From Phoronis australis (lineage: Eukaryota > Animalia > Phoronida), in the NCBI GenBank assembly GCA_002633005.1, contig NMRA01000022.1, forward strand, positions 1 to 64,000: a DNA stretch of 64,000 nucleotides. Direction: 5' to 3'. Each line of letters opens with the position of its first letter. Positions within the stretch are counted from its first letter, which is position 1. Positions 1-13,014 of this stretch are shown here, piece by piece. Under the pieces are notes generated by a model. It saw only the letters and a list, made by a program, of their open reading frames with translations, made no database searches and was not told the origin of the DNA. The translations under genes were made by a program, and so were the position numbers.

Positions 1-83
1 ATAGCAAGCATGAGCCCGTGAAACATCTCCGTGTCTTTGGCCTGCAGACGTTGACAGTGCCTCAATCACGAATGGCGGCTTAC

Positions 84-173
84 CAAATAACTCCATACGT
101 TCCGTTGTCTGAGCTTGTTCACGGCGCCTCTCAGGTATTTTTTCATCACTGTATTCCTGTTCGAATTAATAGC
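84..173 (-). CDS. Host gene, module 3, second half of exon D (AINSNRNTVMKKYLRGAVNKLRQRNVWSYL); gene continues beyond window start
   Basis: tttacAG acceptor and GTAAGC donor; 90 nt, open, phase 0-0. Aligns with the C-terminal halves of exons 62700-62859 (ARENVMSQLKRLVVKL..NVW) and 30768-30933 (..VRSIV..NVW). Confidence 0.55.
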
Positions 174-535
174 CTGTAAAACGTAACGATCCACCTGCGA
201 AGTCGGGACTGATGAGCTCTAGCTCGTCCTATGTCGGGATTGCGAGTTGCCAGGTTGGCGTTTATTACTGAGCGTTCTATTTCAAAATGAATTATTCTCA
301 CCCTAACCAATACTCATATAAAACTGAAAACAAAGTCTGTCTCATTAGATGCAATGTGTAATGCCTTTGGAGTGTTCGTGAGTGCAAATGATTTGAGAAG
401 GCAGCAATGAATAAATCACTGCGTTACCGGCTTTAGGTGCAATAAAACCGAGGCCGTGTGAGCTCATGCTAATTTAGTGCCTTGTTTGCTGGCAGAAACT
501 GTTGTGAAACAACTCAATTTCCATCCCACGGCCAG

Positions 536-1232
536 GTGTTAGGGGAATCTTTATTTGCATTTACGTTACTCAAATAATGATTGTCAATGCACAACTTCTG
601 CCCTGACGGTGCTGTGGCCAAAGCGGAACTTGAATTCGTGGCCCCCGATGAGCAAGTAGATTTGCAGTTCCGTGGTTAATTCACCAACATAATCTCGTGC
701 ACATTACTTTGGCTCGGCACTATAGTATAGTATTTTCTTGACTGGAAGTTTAGTTTCCACTGAACTTTGGCTGGTTTATGTTCGTGATGTCTGATCAGTT
801 TCCGAGCTACTTGTCTGGATAGCGAGTCAATCCGGCCGGCTGCGACGCCGGGGCCTGATCGGGCTCCCGGAGCCACTGGCCAGNGTGTTAGGGGAATCTT
901 TATTTGCATTTACGTTACTCAAATAATGATTGTCAATGCACAACTTCTGCCCTGACGGTGCTGTGGCCAAAGCGGAACTTGAATTCGTGGCCCCCGATGA
1001 GCAAGTAGATTTGCAGTTCCGTGGTTAATTCACCAACATAATCTCGTGCACATTACTTTGGCTCGGCACTATAGTATAGTATTTTCTTGACTGGAAGTTT
1101 AGTTTCCACTGAACTTTGGCTGGTTTATGTTCGTGATGTCTGATCAGTTTCCGAGCTACTTGTCTGGATAGCGAGTCAATCCGGCCGGCTGCGACGCCGG
1201 GGCCTGATCGGGCTCCCGGAGCCACTGGCCAG
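536..1232. repeat. Identical 348-bp tandem duplication (536-883 / 885-1232) around N at 884
   Basis: Copies match by eye; GGCCAG microhomology at 530-535, 878-883 and 1227-1232. Confidence 0.9.
685..741 (-). CDS. Host gene, module 3, candidate first half of exon D (SRKYYTIVPSQSNVHEIML); identical copy at 1034-1090
   Basis: ctaaacttccAG acceptor and GTGAAT donor; 57 nt, phase 0-0. Joined to 84-173 it aligns without gaps to FMSPGVSLDTILQATPLEARSQIVGSVRSIV (I, A, R, V identities plus hydrophobic pattern). Phase join to the upstream exon is unresolved. Confidence 0.45.
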
Positions 1233-4200
1233 TATAACAAGCGTTTTGTGTTTAGAAATCAAAAAATCTAAACAACACAAATCTAGGTTCTCCTGTCCGT
1301 ATCTCACGGAAAATACTTCGAAATTATGTCCGAACACACCCGCCCCAAACTCCTGCTACGGATCTTATTGGCCTGCCAAACCTTGTAGGCTACGGTGTGT
1401 CCAAATACCAGTAAATCCGTAACAGCGAAATAAAACAAAAACACGTTTTAATAAGAAATCGGTGTATTTTTAAGGGTTTTACATCGAAGTTTGATGATTT
1501 ATTGGTGTTAAACGATGACTTCAAGCGATAAGCTGACACTAGTTGTTGTGAACTGCTGAACAGACTGCATGGGAAACCGATGACGTAATTGGATAATTTC
1601 AACACCTCCGTCTGCCGTCAGGTGTCAGGTAACGCTACCGTACGTGTCGTTATGGAGGAGAACTACTCGATCTAAATTGATACAAATTGGGCTGTTTTTG
1701 GGTGGCATGCTCCTTTAAGACGTTTGAAATCGATTTTGTATCGATTTTCGTCGTTTGAACGCCATCACCAAATTTGTCTCGGAACCGATAGCCATGGCTA
1801 AGATTGGTAAGAATCAGTAATTTACCAAGAATAGTAAAGGAAAGTGGCAAGTCGATGTCATCTAGAATCACGGCCTAAGACCTCGTTTGTAGTACCACCT
1901 GGTTGCTACAAGTTCGTAAAGATACCATTTGGTCTGGTACTTCCGAGAGTAACCTTCAACTGTGCGATGAAGAAGATGTTGGCAGGGGCCACATAATACA
2001 GAACATAACGTGGATGACATTAGGATTTCCTGTATCTCTGGAGTAGCAGTGTACGATTACTTGCTAAGTAAATCTAGCGCACATTAATGCAAAAATCACC
2101 ATGGTTGTTAAAAACTGCCATGTACAAAAATGAAGTGTTTTTAAACAAATACCGGAACACCAATGAAATTTTATTTCTGACTTGGTTTTCAATTTCAAAT
2201 TGGTTGGTTGGCAAATTCAGATTAATCACAATTCACCTAAATGACCACAATGGACGCGGTGAGACCGACAATCAACATTAATTTCCGTTGTCAACGCACA
2301 ATTGTATTCGTATATTTCACGTTGTTTCACAGTATTGTTTTTAAAACACGGTTCCTCCAGCGGCGTACGGTGAGTATAGATGTACGCTTGGACCGACGCA
2401 TGTTGACTTCAGTGGCGCTGTATACATCTATATACCGTAGCCTACTCACGCACCCCTACTCTATGTACCATTAGTGCGGATGAACTGTAAATGGCGATTT
2501 CGGTGCGGGAACAGAAATCTCATACTTGTACGTGTACATGTATTAACGCCACCTGAATTAGCTGCAGGCGATGCATCAAGCTGTGTTTTGCCACAACCAT
2601 TCATATAACTCAAGCCAAGCTTGAAATAAAAACATACTTCATTGGGTTTCCATAAGACTAAGAAATGTCATTATTACAATGCAGTTCTTCCTGTAACAGT
2701 GACGAGCACGTCATCTAACACGAGAACTGTTGTCGCTAAAACACCAACAACACAATAATATCATCAATTTATAACCCGCGTGAGTACTACATGTACCACA
2801 TGACCAAGGAAATTTCTCCAATGCCACCGAAGAATGAGATCAAATTTTCATTGTCTGTAGCAATCCTCGTGGAGATTTATCTTGGACATGCTTTTGTGTT
2901 TCTTAAGAGCACCCAAATCATTTTCAGACACGAGGCATCTTTATTCATTGCTCAAGCAAAACTGCCAATTTTCACGTACTTACAAATAACTTTCGACAAA
3001 AGCCGAACTCATTCACGTGCCTTACATGCATGTTGCACCGTGACTAGTTCTGGTCAATGCTGTACGATAATAGATGCCGTATTTTTTCAGTTGCACATCG
3101 TTTTCCAAAAATAAATCATAAGTTATGAAGTGAAGTGGTGCTGGATTTTTGTTCCCTGGCCCTCAACGGTCGCGGCTGGCTTTAGCGAACGAGGTATGGT
3201 ACAAAGGCCACGACTCAAAACTGCACCGCTCACCTTTCAAAACCCATTCTTACTGAATTATGTCACGAAAGAGCTTATTGACGCCAAACATGCCGAGCCG
3301 CTTTGTTAAAAAAACGCCTTAAGTCTATGAGCTTTTGAAAAATCCAGAAATGTGGCTAATATCGACGAGGGAATGTAAATTTCTTTAGATTAAGTGAGAC
3401 GCTGACTAACATAGTAAGTTGTCGGATTCATGTGAAGCTTTTAGATACCTTTACTTTGTAAACTGATGTCTAACATGCTGATAGGACTTGTTTTTAGAGT
3501 GTTCCACTTTTACATGAACAATGTCAGAAATAGGATTTACATGTACATAGTTTCCATGAACAAATGAAAAGTTGCATAAAACGAAAACAAAACGATAAGT
3601 TAGAAAACTGTATCAATGATTTTGGGATTTTGTTTTGAATATTTATATCAAACGAAAAATGGCCTCTTGATTGATACCGTTGTTTTGCTACCATTCTAGC
3701 TTACTTGTGCAATAAATTTCTATAAAACAGTGACCATATAAATGGCAGATGGGAAAAAAGGCAAGAAACACATTTTACAAAACATTCTTTTGGTGCTATA
3801 GTTGGTTTGCTGTCGGTAGTGTCCCACGTGACCTCAAACATGACGTGAGACCTTTGGTTTCAGAATAAGTAGGCCCCATACCGGAACCGCTTATGCTCCT
3901 TTTTAGGTCTATCAGTCTTTCAAAACTATACGAACTTATAATTATAGCCAGTAGGCCTACGTTGTACTTGGACACGCTAACGTCGGGTGTTAATTTGTCA
4001 TTCAGCTCAGCACTATCTATTATTCACCTTTATTGCATACTACATGTATGATCTATTTCTACTGTCCATTTTGTGCTGCTCAAAACAATTAACAGGTAGT
4101 TAGTCTACCCACATTTATATCCTGTTCGTGACGTTGTTGACAAGGTAACGGAGTAGATTATTACGTAACAGTATTGCTGCTGGTCGTTCGACAAGAGATT

Positions 4201-5416
4201 TGTCGCTCATTAAAATTTATAATTGGATACATCATGAACGAGTCCTAGAATGAACGAGTTTCCAAGCTTCATTGAAATTAACCAGTGTGCTGGAAGTGCG
4301 TTTTTACAGGAGGTTCCCATTTACGCGTGACATGACTTACTGTATGTAATTTTGGTCTGAACTTTGTTCTCAATTTTGAATTCATTGCTATTATTTTGAG
4401 GCCATAAACGCTTGACACATGGAATGCCCTGGCTCGTTATTTTTGTATTCCTGTGCTCGAAATGCAGGAATCGGGCACTTGTACATGCGTTTTGTGTAAT
4501 TTTCTAATTACACGTAAGCCGTGAAACTATCAACTTTCCAATTAATTGCTTTTATAATTGCGAAATAACACCAGCTCGCGTTGGGCAACTACATTGATAA
4601 CTTCAGAACTTGACCATCAAGCCTGCATATTTCAGAGAGATTTGATTGAAAAAGTAAAAAAGTTTTGCTATTAAATTAATGCGCAACGCTTGCTATATTT
4701 GTTCATGAATTAACAGTACTCCTGTAATTGACCTATCGCAAGCTCCGCCCCTATGCGAAAAGTCACGTGATACATGACATTCGAACGAGATGTCAGAGGC
4801 AAATACACTGTCGCTAAACGACGTTCCTGGTGGAATCGGTGAGTGTTTTTGCACTATTTGAAAACGCGTCGATAGAGACAAGAGGCGATGCGTTTCAACA
4901 GTGAATCGTACGTTCATGATATGGGAATTTGTAAAGGTGACGATGAAAAAATAAGTGCTCGACGAGCCAGAGAAAATCCGAAGAACCCCTCGGCCTCGGG
5001 GCTACCTTCACCTGACAAATGACAAGGCCACTGATACGATATGTTCATGTAAAGCTGGGTATGTACCTTAAAGTCCAATTATCTGTACGATTTTATAGAT
5101 TTCATGATCTTTCGAATAAAATCAGTGAAGATTCACCGATATTTTTATTCTGTCGTCTGCTAAATTTCGCCAAATGAAAAATAGGTCACAACTGGTGGGA
5201 CTCCTGGAATAAAGTAGGTCATAGATTACAGACAACACATGCACTATAGTCTCTGACTAGGTCGACTCGTTAGCTTTTCTAATTTTGTCACGAAATATTT
5301 TGATAAAAAAATTCAGGTTCATAGCTCAGGTACACACTCATCTCGTCCAGGGCAAACAGTTAGCTCCTGAGGCCTAGGTCTAGGGCTGTGTCTAAGTAAA
5401 ATTAATGTCTGGAATT

Positions 5417-5746
5417 CAGTGGCGGATCTAGGATACCACAGGGGGCCCAACATATGTTGCCTCGTGGAATTGGGCAAAGTGCGATTGTATGTGCACAGCA
5501 GCCCAAAAGTTGCAGGGGCCAGGGATGTAGACCGTTGGACCTTCTGTTCAGAAAATCTATCGGTGGACTAAAAAAACAGGAACTCGATTCCGCCGCGATC
5601 TGGGGTCTGAGCCCTCCCCCCTCTTCCGCTACAGGTCCTAGTTATTGAAATCAATATTTCCTCACGCTCTTGCTGTTTCATTTTGCTTGCGGCAGCCAAG
5701 GGGCGGGGCGGGGGCTGGGGCCTCTTCCCCCCCAAATCCGCCTATG
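5417..5746 (+). mobile_element. Non-autonomous hAT-like element (hAT5-type, 5-bp TSD)
   Basis: Ends CAGTGGCGGATCT...AAATCCGCCTATG; GAATT duplicated at 5412-5416 and 5747-5751. Confidence 0.75.
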
Positions 5747-7340
5747 GAATTTGCACCATTAAGACACTTAAATTAGGCCTACCTTCTTATGAACTTGGCA
5801 TTTGAATGTAGTTTCATTCCATAAAGGTAGCTTTCATTTAATTTTGAAGGTACCATGATCACTAAGTCGTGGTATGGTTACAAAAGATTACAAGTCTGCT
5901 TTGTAGTCGCAAAAATAGAGTATTTACAAAAATAACTCAAATTCTTTTTTAAAGCTTCATAAATCTAAATATCATGTTTGAACCACACCAAAATGGGCTC
6001 TCTTTAACTCTACAGCCACAGTGTATGCTAAAGGTACACCTCAAAAAGTAATTCAACAGTTTATTTTTAGTGACTACAGCTCGACCAAGGCTTTGAGTTC
6101 TGGCTGTAATCTAGTGCCCTTCCCTGTGCCGATCGAATCTCTGAATTTTGACCGGGAGAGAAGTTCAGTTGAACGCCAGCTTACGGTTTATGAATAACAA
6201 AAATGTACCTCTGATACGAAGCAAAATAATGTCCATTAGGTTGAAATAAATAAAAAAACATAAAATAAAAATGTCCTTAAAAACAACAATTTCCGGGGAC
6301 TACCGCTAGAGTGCCGAGATCCAGCAGGTGCCGAGACAAAGGCGGCCAGACGTAGCCAACTCGGGAGTCAAAATCTGAGATAGCCCTGCTCCATAGCCAC
6401 CAAGCTGAAAAGTGCGTATCTAGGAACTAATATATTTGTGTTTATTATAGCCTTCGAGTTATCAAGCAACATCGCCAAGTTCAGCTGCTCGTGTGGCCGT
6501 ACAGTTTGATCCATAGTTTACGCTTTTCAACATCATTTTTCGGCTTAGGACATGCCAAAAAATGACGGGATATTATTCTGGAGCAGCATAACAGCTGTCA
6601 GGGCTACACACGTCATATCAACACCGTTTCCCCATTCTTAGCGGACAAATTCTTGAGCTACTGACTGAAGTAAGTTTTACTCGACTGCGTGTGGTTTGTC
6701 GGGTAAAATGGCCGCTTGGAAACGCAGACGAAGGTGTGCCAAAAATGCTGCGTTCTGATTGGTCAATTAAGCCGTCCGTCATAATCCTGGCGATAGGTCA
6801 ATTCATCTACTACAGAGTTGTTGGGTCACCACTCTATATTTAGATATCTCTCAAATGTGCCCACTAAGAATGCCGTGAAGTGCTACACTACAGGCAGAGT
6901 GGACAAGAAATATGGTTGCTTTTTCTTCTACTCCGTTTTATTGTGTTGGTTTATACACGTTTCTATTTTATAATCGGATTTGAAGCTCATTTCACACCGA
7001 GCTTAACACCAAGATGAAAGGATAAAAATTAGTACACGGATTCGATAAATAACTTCTAACGACATTTATTTTACTAAAACGATTCCGAGAGACCTTTTAA
7101 TTTCATAGTCGTTCTTGTACATACACGAGCGCTACACCATACGCAATATGGGAGGCCCACGTATGGTGGTCACCTTACACCACCGGCTCTACAGACATAC
7201 TCACGAAAGTGGCATGCACATTAGCGAAACGTATGAAAACTTGCGTTCGTCAAACGCATGGGGTTGAACTATGCTTTAGAGCTAGGCCAATAATGGGCAT
7301 CTTCCGTGGCCGAAAAACATTAACCTTGCTCGTAATGCAT

Positions 7341-7476
7341 CAGTGGCGCATTTAAGGGGATTGGGGAAGGGGGCCATGCGCCCTAAAATTCTCCCTGATT
7401 CCATGTGGCAGTTCGATGGTGCGAATGTCTGCCATTCCTCCCTCCCCCCTAACTCAAAATCCTGGATCAGCCGCTG
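7341..7476. mobile_element. Short degenerate MITE related to the CAGTGGCG family
   Basis: CAGTGGCGCATTT...GGATCAGCCGCTG imperfect TIRs with G/C-run interior; no clear TSD. Confidence 0.5.
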
Positions 7477-7479
7477 CAT

Positions 7480-8478
7480 ACAAAAGCGGAAGACTTAAAA
7501 AAACAATCCTTAACACTGTTTAATTTGTGTGCATCAACATTGTATTTGAAAGTTTCATATGAATCCGATGAGCTATTTCTGATTTTCCGAAGTTTGCCAA
7601 ATTTGGCCATTTTTTGGGGTCCTACAAAACCTTGAAGTTTGGAACCAACTAAATCCTCCTACTCATGCCACAGATTGAACATTATGGTACTTGTTCGGTT
7701 GTGGTCTTTCCCACATATGCCGTGTATTTGGTTAAAATCATAGGTCACGCTTGCCGTTTAGCAGGCTTCGGAAGGAGTCAAGTTTCAGATTTCCTTCCAA
7801 ACTTGAGATGGCCGTTGAGGGTTACAGAGTATTAAAATTATTGTTTTGCTTCAGTGAACTGAATTTGAAAGTCGTTTTAGTATTTGTTAATAGGCCAAAA
7901 CTGCGTTTGGTATCCTTTTATTTTAAACGCATCTCTGAAGTGGCACAATAGATACTTGTATAGTCTAGGAACCGTACATCTTGTCAGTAAGTGAGGGCAA
8001 TTTGCATTGGCTGGAAATAAAATATTTGGCTAGGAAAAGCCAAGTTTAGCGTAAGTTCTGAGGAGGCGTTAACGGAATGTTCAACGAATCTGGTTTGATT
8101 GTATTTTGAACAACGCAAATGATAAAAATCCACCAGTTCGGCTGCAGACCGACTTTTTCAAGATGGCGGCCCCTATATGTTGGCTTTTCTGCACATAGAC
8201 TGTGAAATTTACTGGGTTTCAGGTGGACCTCAAGCAAACCCATAATTGCAAAACAATCTACACGTAGTTCAATGACAGCACTTTTGAGCCTTATTAATGT
8301 GGAATATGTAGGGAATTGTTTAGAGTCTATATTGGCTTATGTCTAGCATTGTTCGATAATTGCTCAAATCTCCGATAAGATCGTATTTAGCCTGACTGGG
8401 CCGAGCCCGGACGGACGGACGGACGGACAGAGATGACGGCATAATGCGTCCACATATAAATATGTGGGCGCATAAAAA
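7480..8478 (-). mobile_element. Helentron-associated non-autonomous element (HINE/DINE-1-like)
   Basis: (GGAC)5 at 8409-8428; subterminal hairpin ATGCGTCCACATAT-aa-ATATGTGGGCGCAT at 8444-8473 followed by an A-run; other end ACAAAAGCGGAAG. Confidence 0.7.
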
Positions 8479-8893
8479 TGAATTAATAGAATTTCTGAAT
8501 TCCTTGTCAAATACTGATCATGCTTAGTTTTTGAATCACCAAAATCGCCCGACTACAATCAAAGTTATGACAATCTATTTTTTTCGAACGTACCAATTCG
8601 CATTGGGTTTGTCAAGTGGTCGGTAATAAGTCTGGTAGATAATTGGCCTGCATGTTGTTGTGCCAGACAAAAGACTGTGCAGGGTAGTTAAGAAAGGAGC
8701 TAAACGTTATCGCACGCGCACAACCACTCCACGGCTGGTAAAGTCACTGAACTGGAGAACGCCTAATGACAATAACATATAGCTAATTTGCAGTCTTAAG
8801 AAATCAATGTGAAACTGAACGAAGGTTAGAAAGACACAATGGCATGCATGCAATGCACAGATGATGTCATTAAAATCAAAAAGATCATAGCTG

Positions 8894-9757
8894 CATAGGC
8901 GGATTTAGGGGGGNTCAAATCCAATTTCAAGTGTCAAATTCGGAACACGGCGCATTCGTAACGGAACTATGGCTAAGTATAGGCTCTCCCGCGATATCCC
9001 AGGCGACCGGCAGTGGCGCTGCACACTACGACTCCGTTTCCGTCGTCTGCTCCACTGTGCAATGAAGAAAATTTACTTCATTTTTTAACGACAATGGAAC
9101 CTGAGTGACGATGAAAAAACAGAAGCTGCTGGTAAGATGTGAATTTTAATCGAAGCCTTAGTGATTGCTCAGAAACTCGCAATACTCTCTTTGTCAAACC
9201 TTATCTTAAGACGATTTCCAAAGCAATCCCGTCATTATTATTGCAAACATGAAAAACGGATTTGGTCTTTTGGGCATTTGAAGACTATTTTAAATACGAC
9301 AAATTTGTTAAGAATTGATGGCACAAAATGTAAAACAAGTAATAAGCATTACAAAAAGAAGTAGGTTTCACACGCAAACGTTGTGGACCATAAATAAGTA
9401 GGTCTCTTAGAGCAAAGTTATTAGTTAAGGCGTGGTGGTGTAGCGGAAACGAACGCGCGCTCTGTCCGCGAGATCTTGAGTTCGAGTCTTAGTACTTGCA
9501 ATTTTTTCTGTTCGATACGTTCTCCGTTTTTTTGTTTTTTTTTTTGTTTTTTTTGTCTTCAGGAATCAAGGAAAATGCTTGAATTTTAGAGGTAAAAACA
9601 GAAAATTTTCTTGGGCGGGAGGGGGGCAAACCCCCCTCCCGACCTCCCCCCACTTCGGTGCTATGCGCATCTACAATCGTGGTTCAGTTTGTGCAAATGC
9701 TTACAGCCTGACAAAAAGTTGGGCCCCCCCCCTTGTGATATCCTAGATCCGCCACTG
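8894..9757 (-). mobile_element. Second hAT5-type element, inverted relative to 5417-5746; contains gap N8914
   Basis: CATAGGCGGATTT...CTAGATCCGCCACTG; flanks AGCTG / CGCTG (4 of 5 match). Confidence 0.7.
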
Positions 9758-9786
9758 CGCTGACAGAAGGACAGAACTGTACGTAC

Positions 9787-9956
9787 TCTGTGAAATCCAG
9801 TTTTTGCCTGCTTCTGTACTTGTCTGGGTAGGTCGCTGTGCCAACAGTGAAGACGTTATTCCAATCTAACATTGCAGCTAGTCTCGTTGACGACGCTGAT
9901 AAGGGCGGGTCTTTCATGGCTCCTTGCAGTGTGAATGACAACTGATTTTTGGTATC
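9787..9956 (-). CDS. Host gene, module 3 exon C (DTKNQLSFTLQGAMKDPPLS...YRSRQKLDFTE)
   Basis: gtttttaAG acceptor and GA|GTACGT donor; 170 nt, phase 0-2. Shares QGxMxDPP, W, VG, YR and FT with 31547-31737. Confidence 0.85.
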
Positions 9957-10574
9957 CTTAAAAACGACAAAACATTTTAACAAAGACAATCTCACCACTG
10001 CTAAGCACGGCTCCCCATGAGAGCTCTAGGAATGTCCTCTTCCCTACATTTGGTTCTTGTCACACAATCAAGTTATGGCCGAGCACAGTGGAAACAAGAG
10101 ACGAAACGGAAATTTTAGTCAATAAGTTTCAAACGGGATTTCATCCAAGTTTCACTTAGGAAAAAAGCTGAAGATCTTGGCTGTGACCCCAAGTAGGAGT
10201 CCAGGATATTAACCAGTGGGCCGATAGTAGATTCAGGTATAATGTAATCAACAGGAGAGCCTCAGATCACTTACACAACAGTTGCTTAATATTTAAATCA
10301 AATGCTCGTAGCTTCCAGAAACCATACATCACTTACAAAACCATGTGCATGATATTCACACCAAATGCTTGATGCAAGTTCAACGCCGTTTAAAAATTGC
10401 AGCTTCCCAAATGCACGACCTATGGGCTAGATTGGACTGTTATAGCAATTGTTATGGGAAGTATTTTAACAAAACGAAATTCCCTGTTTTGCAATAATGT
10501 CCTAAGCTGAAAAAATCAGTAATCATATATTAAAGGAAATACATAATTTCAATTGATTATCACAAGACCCTTAC

Positions 10575-10725
10575 CTCAACAAATGACCATGAGTGAAGAG
10601 CCTTTCTGGAGATGTTTGGCAAGAGCGCGTGTATCTTTAAACTGAGAGACTGAAGAAGCTGGCTTCTCTGTTGGGGGTCCAACTCGGTGAAGTCAGCACA
10701 TGGGAAGAACACATTCACAGGAGTG
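10575..10725 (-). CDS. Host gene, module 3 exon B (TPVNVFFPCADFTELDPQQRSQLLQSLSLKIHALLPNISRKALHSWSFVE)
   Basis: ttttcAG / GTAAGG; 151 nt, phase 2-0. Same length as paralogous exon 63717-63867. Confidence 0.9.
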
Positions 10726-11387
10726 CTGAAAATTTTAGCAAAAACGTGAGAAAATAGTGGCGAAGCCTGTTTTTTAATTCATAAAATCTCATCGCCTTGC
10801 TCTCACAGGTTGCACATTAGCAATATGGAACCAATTCTCTATGTACGTGTCAAACTATGCCAAAGTATCACTGAGATTATCACCACAATCATTATAGCAA
10901 AACAAAGTAAATACATAGAATTAAAATCATCAGAATACAAAATTTGTGCAACACACGGAAAAAGATGAATGCCAGGGTCCGGATGCTGCAAGTCCAAAGC
11001 ATAAAAATAGCCAATGGTTTTACTTTGGCAACACAACCTGAAACAAAAATTTCACCGAAATCCTTGAGAAAATAAGTCATGAGTAATGGTCGTCAAGGAG
11101 TGCAGTTACCGGTCGCACTAAACCACTGCGCAGTCGGAAATCAAATATTTATTTGTGTCAAAGTCAACATAGTAGTTGACATCAATTGCCTAAAATAAGA
11201 AGTTGCTGGCAACTAAGATACAATTCTCAGTAGTTGGAATTACACTAAACCTTGTCAATGCCATCGATGTCACATCAGAGAAAAACTTCTGCAAACACGC
11301 ATTGAGCCTGGTAGTACTGAGGAACTATCTTATCACATGATCACCAAAAATGAAATTGCAACATTTTTATGTTAAAATCCTAATTAA

Positions 11388-13014
11388 AGATGCAAAAAAT
11401 CCTTAAAATTGGCATAACTTAGGTCAAGAACCGAAGGGGCATGACTGATGGGAAATTTTTTTTTAATCTGAGTCAGAAGCGACCTCAGGCGATCGGGCGT
11501 AGTTCTTCCAAGCAAAAATGGCCGCATTTCGAAAAAGCTCTTTCAAATTGGTAAACGATGGAAAAGTTATTGTTGGTAGGCATTCTATTCAAGCGTCACC
11601 CTACAAATGAATAGTGGGGTAACTAATGCCATTATTTATTAGGAAAAACTCTTGTTTATTTTGCCTCACTTCATATTGGCATGTTTACTTGCAAAGCATA
11701 AAGAATAACCTAACTACGTCATCATGCCATTACAATAGATGTAGAACGATAGACTGTGCCAGTACCTAAGCAAACATATCTTTTGAAAATTGTACATACT
11801 TGGACAGAATGCATAAACAGCAACCAGCAAGGTAAGGAAATTTTAAGCCATCAAATGTCCTAGATTTACATGTTAGAAGTTAAATCACGAAAATTTTGGA
11901 TGGTAGGACCTCAGTTTAATTATGTTTTTTAGTGGATAAGACCCCTCCCCTTTCTGTTTATATTATCTGAATGTCAAAAAACACAAAGGTGTTGATTTAC
12001 ACATCAACAAGCTGTGTTTGTTGAGGATTGAAACTGGAAGACCACAATTCAGGTTGCTTAGGCTCAAGGGTGTAGTGGTGGTTACAAAATATATTGCCTG
12101 AGAAAACTACCAACCAAAACACCAAGGGATCCAAACACAATTCACTTTGAAGTATTCAAGCAAATTCAATCAAAACTGATTTTGGTCATTTCACGAACGC
12201 TAATTTTTCACTGAGAATGTTAGATGGTTTAGATTTGGTTCTAAAATGACCTGACAAACAAAACCTCATTACAGAGTTCTTTTGTTGAGTCCAACTTGTT
12301 CAGTTCTATAGCACAACAACAAGTTGGGTGGATAACCTGTGACTGGAGCCAGTATTTTACACGACTTACGAGTCCATTCTAGCATTTTGTTCGATAATTG
12401 TTCTAATCTCTGATAAGATTGTATCCAACCTGACTGACAGAGGAACAACTGTCCCACTTGCCCGAGTGTCCCGCGACACACTCCCACTGGATAGTGACCT
12501 GAGCACACAAACTGCTTACATCCCGCCGTGCGACTCCCTCGCCACACACCTGGCACCTTCTAAATAGCTTCAATAATTTAGACAAGTCCACATTAAACTT
12601 ATCAAATATTGGCTCACCGATCTGTTCATTGAACGACGAACTGTACTCAGCCTGTATTCACTCCCACTACTCAACATCGCAGCAGTGCTGCTTACAGGCT
12701 TTGGGCCATAATGAGTACATCCCGGTACGCAGCAACAGTGTGGCATGTTGACTGACTCATAATCAAAAGCAAATGACGACTGAACCTATCACAACCGAGG
12801 TAGATCAATGACAGACTCGACAGCTCTCATAGTCAGACTATATGAAAAGAAATTGGCGCAAAATTCTTGCCTCCCAAAACGTCGTCACTTCCAGAGTCGA
12901 GAACGACTAATTAATTAAATTACGAAAGGCCGTAAGTATGTGGAAAATATGTCTGGGATAACCACCGAACCTTATTTTTGCTAAAAATGACATGAAAAAA
13001 GGTTGCCTTCGCCT
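11388..13014 (-). mobile_element. Internally deleted Kolobok (KolobokP-like) transposon remnant
   Basis: TTAA|AGGCGAAGG terminus at 13014. THAP-type start MPHCCCVPGCT at 12746. Fragment KFNVDLSKLLKLFRRCQVC...IQWECVAGHSGKWDS (about 12420-12600) matches the CxxC..CxxGHxxxWxS pattern I associate with KolobokP transposases. The lower boundary (TTAA|AG at 11388) is a guess. Confidence 0.6.

Noticed and set aside
4690-5004. Possible Academ-like transposon end (…CCTCGGCCTCGGGGCTA); similar TAG..CTA hints at 6307-6836 and 25549
   Set aside because: No convincing partner TIR or TSD found, so family and boundaries are unsupported.
10957-11037. Phase-compatible 81-nt minus-strand exon LCCQSKTIGYFYALDLQHPDPGIHLFP
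   Set aside because: No counterpart in the other modules, weak CC|GTGTGT donor, and the direct 28003 to 10725 join is exactly colinear with the paralogous join.
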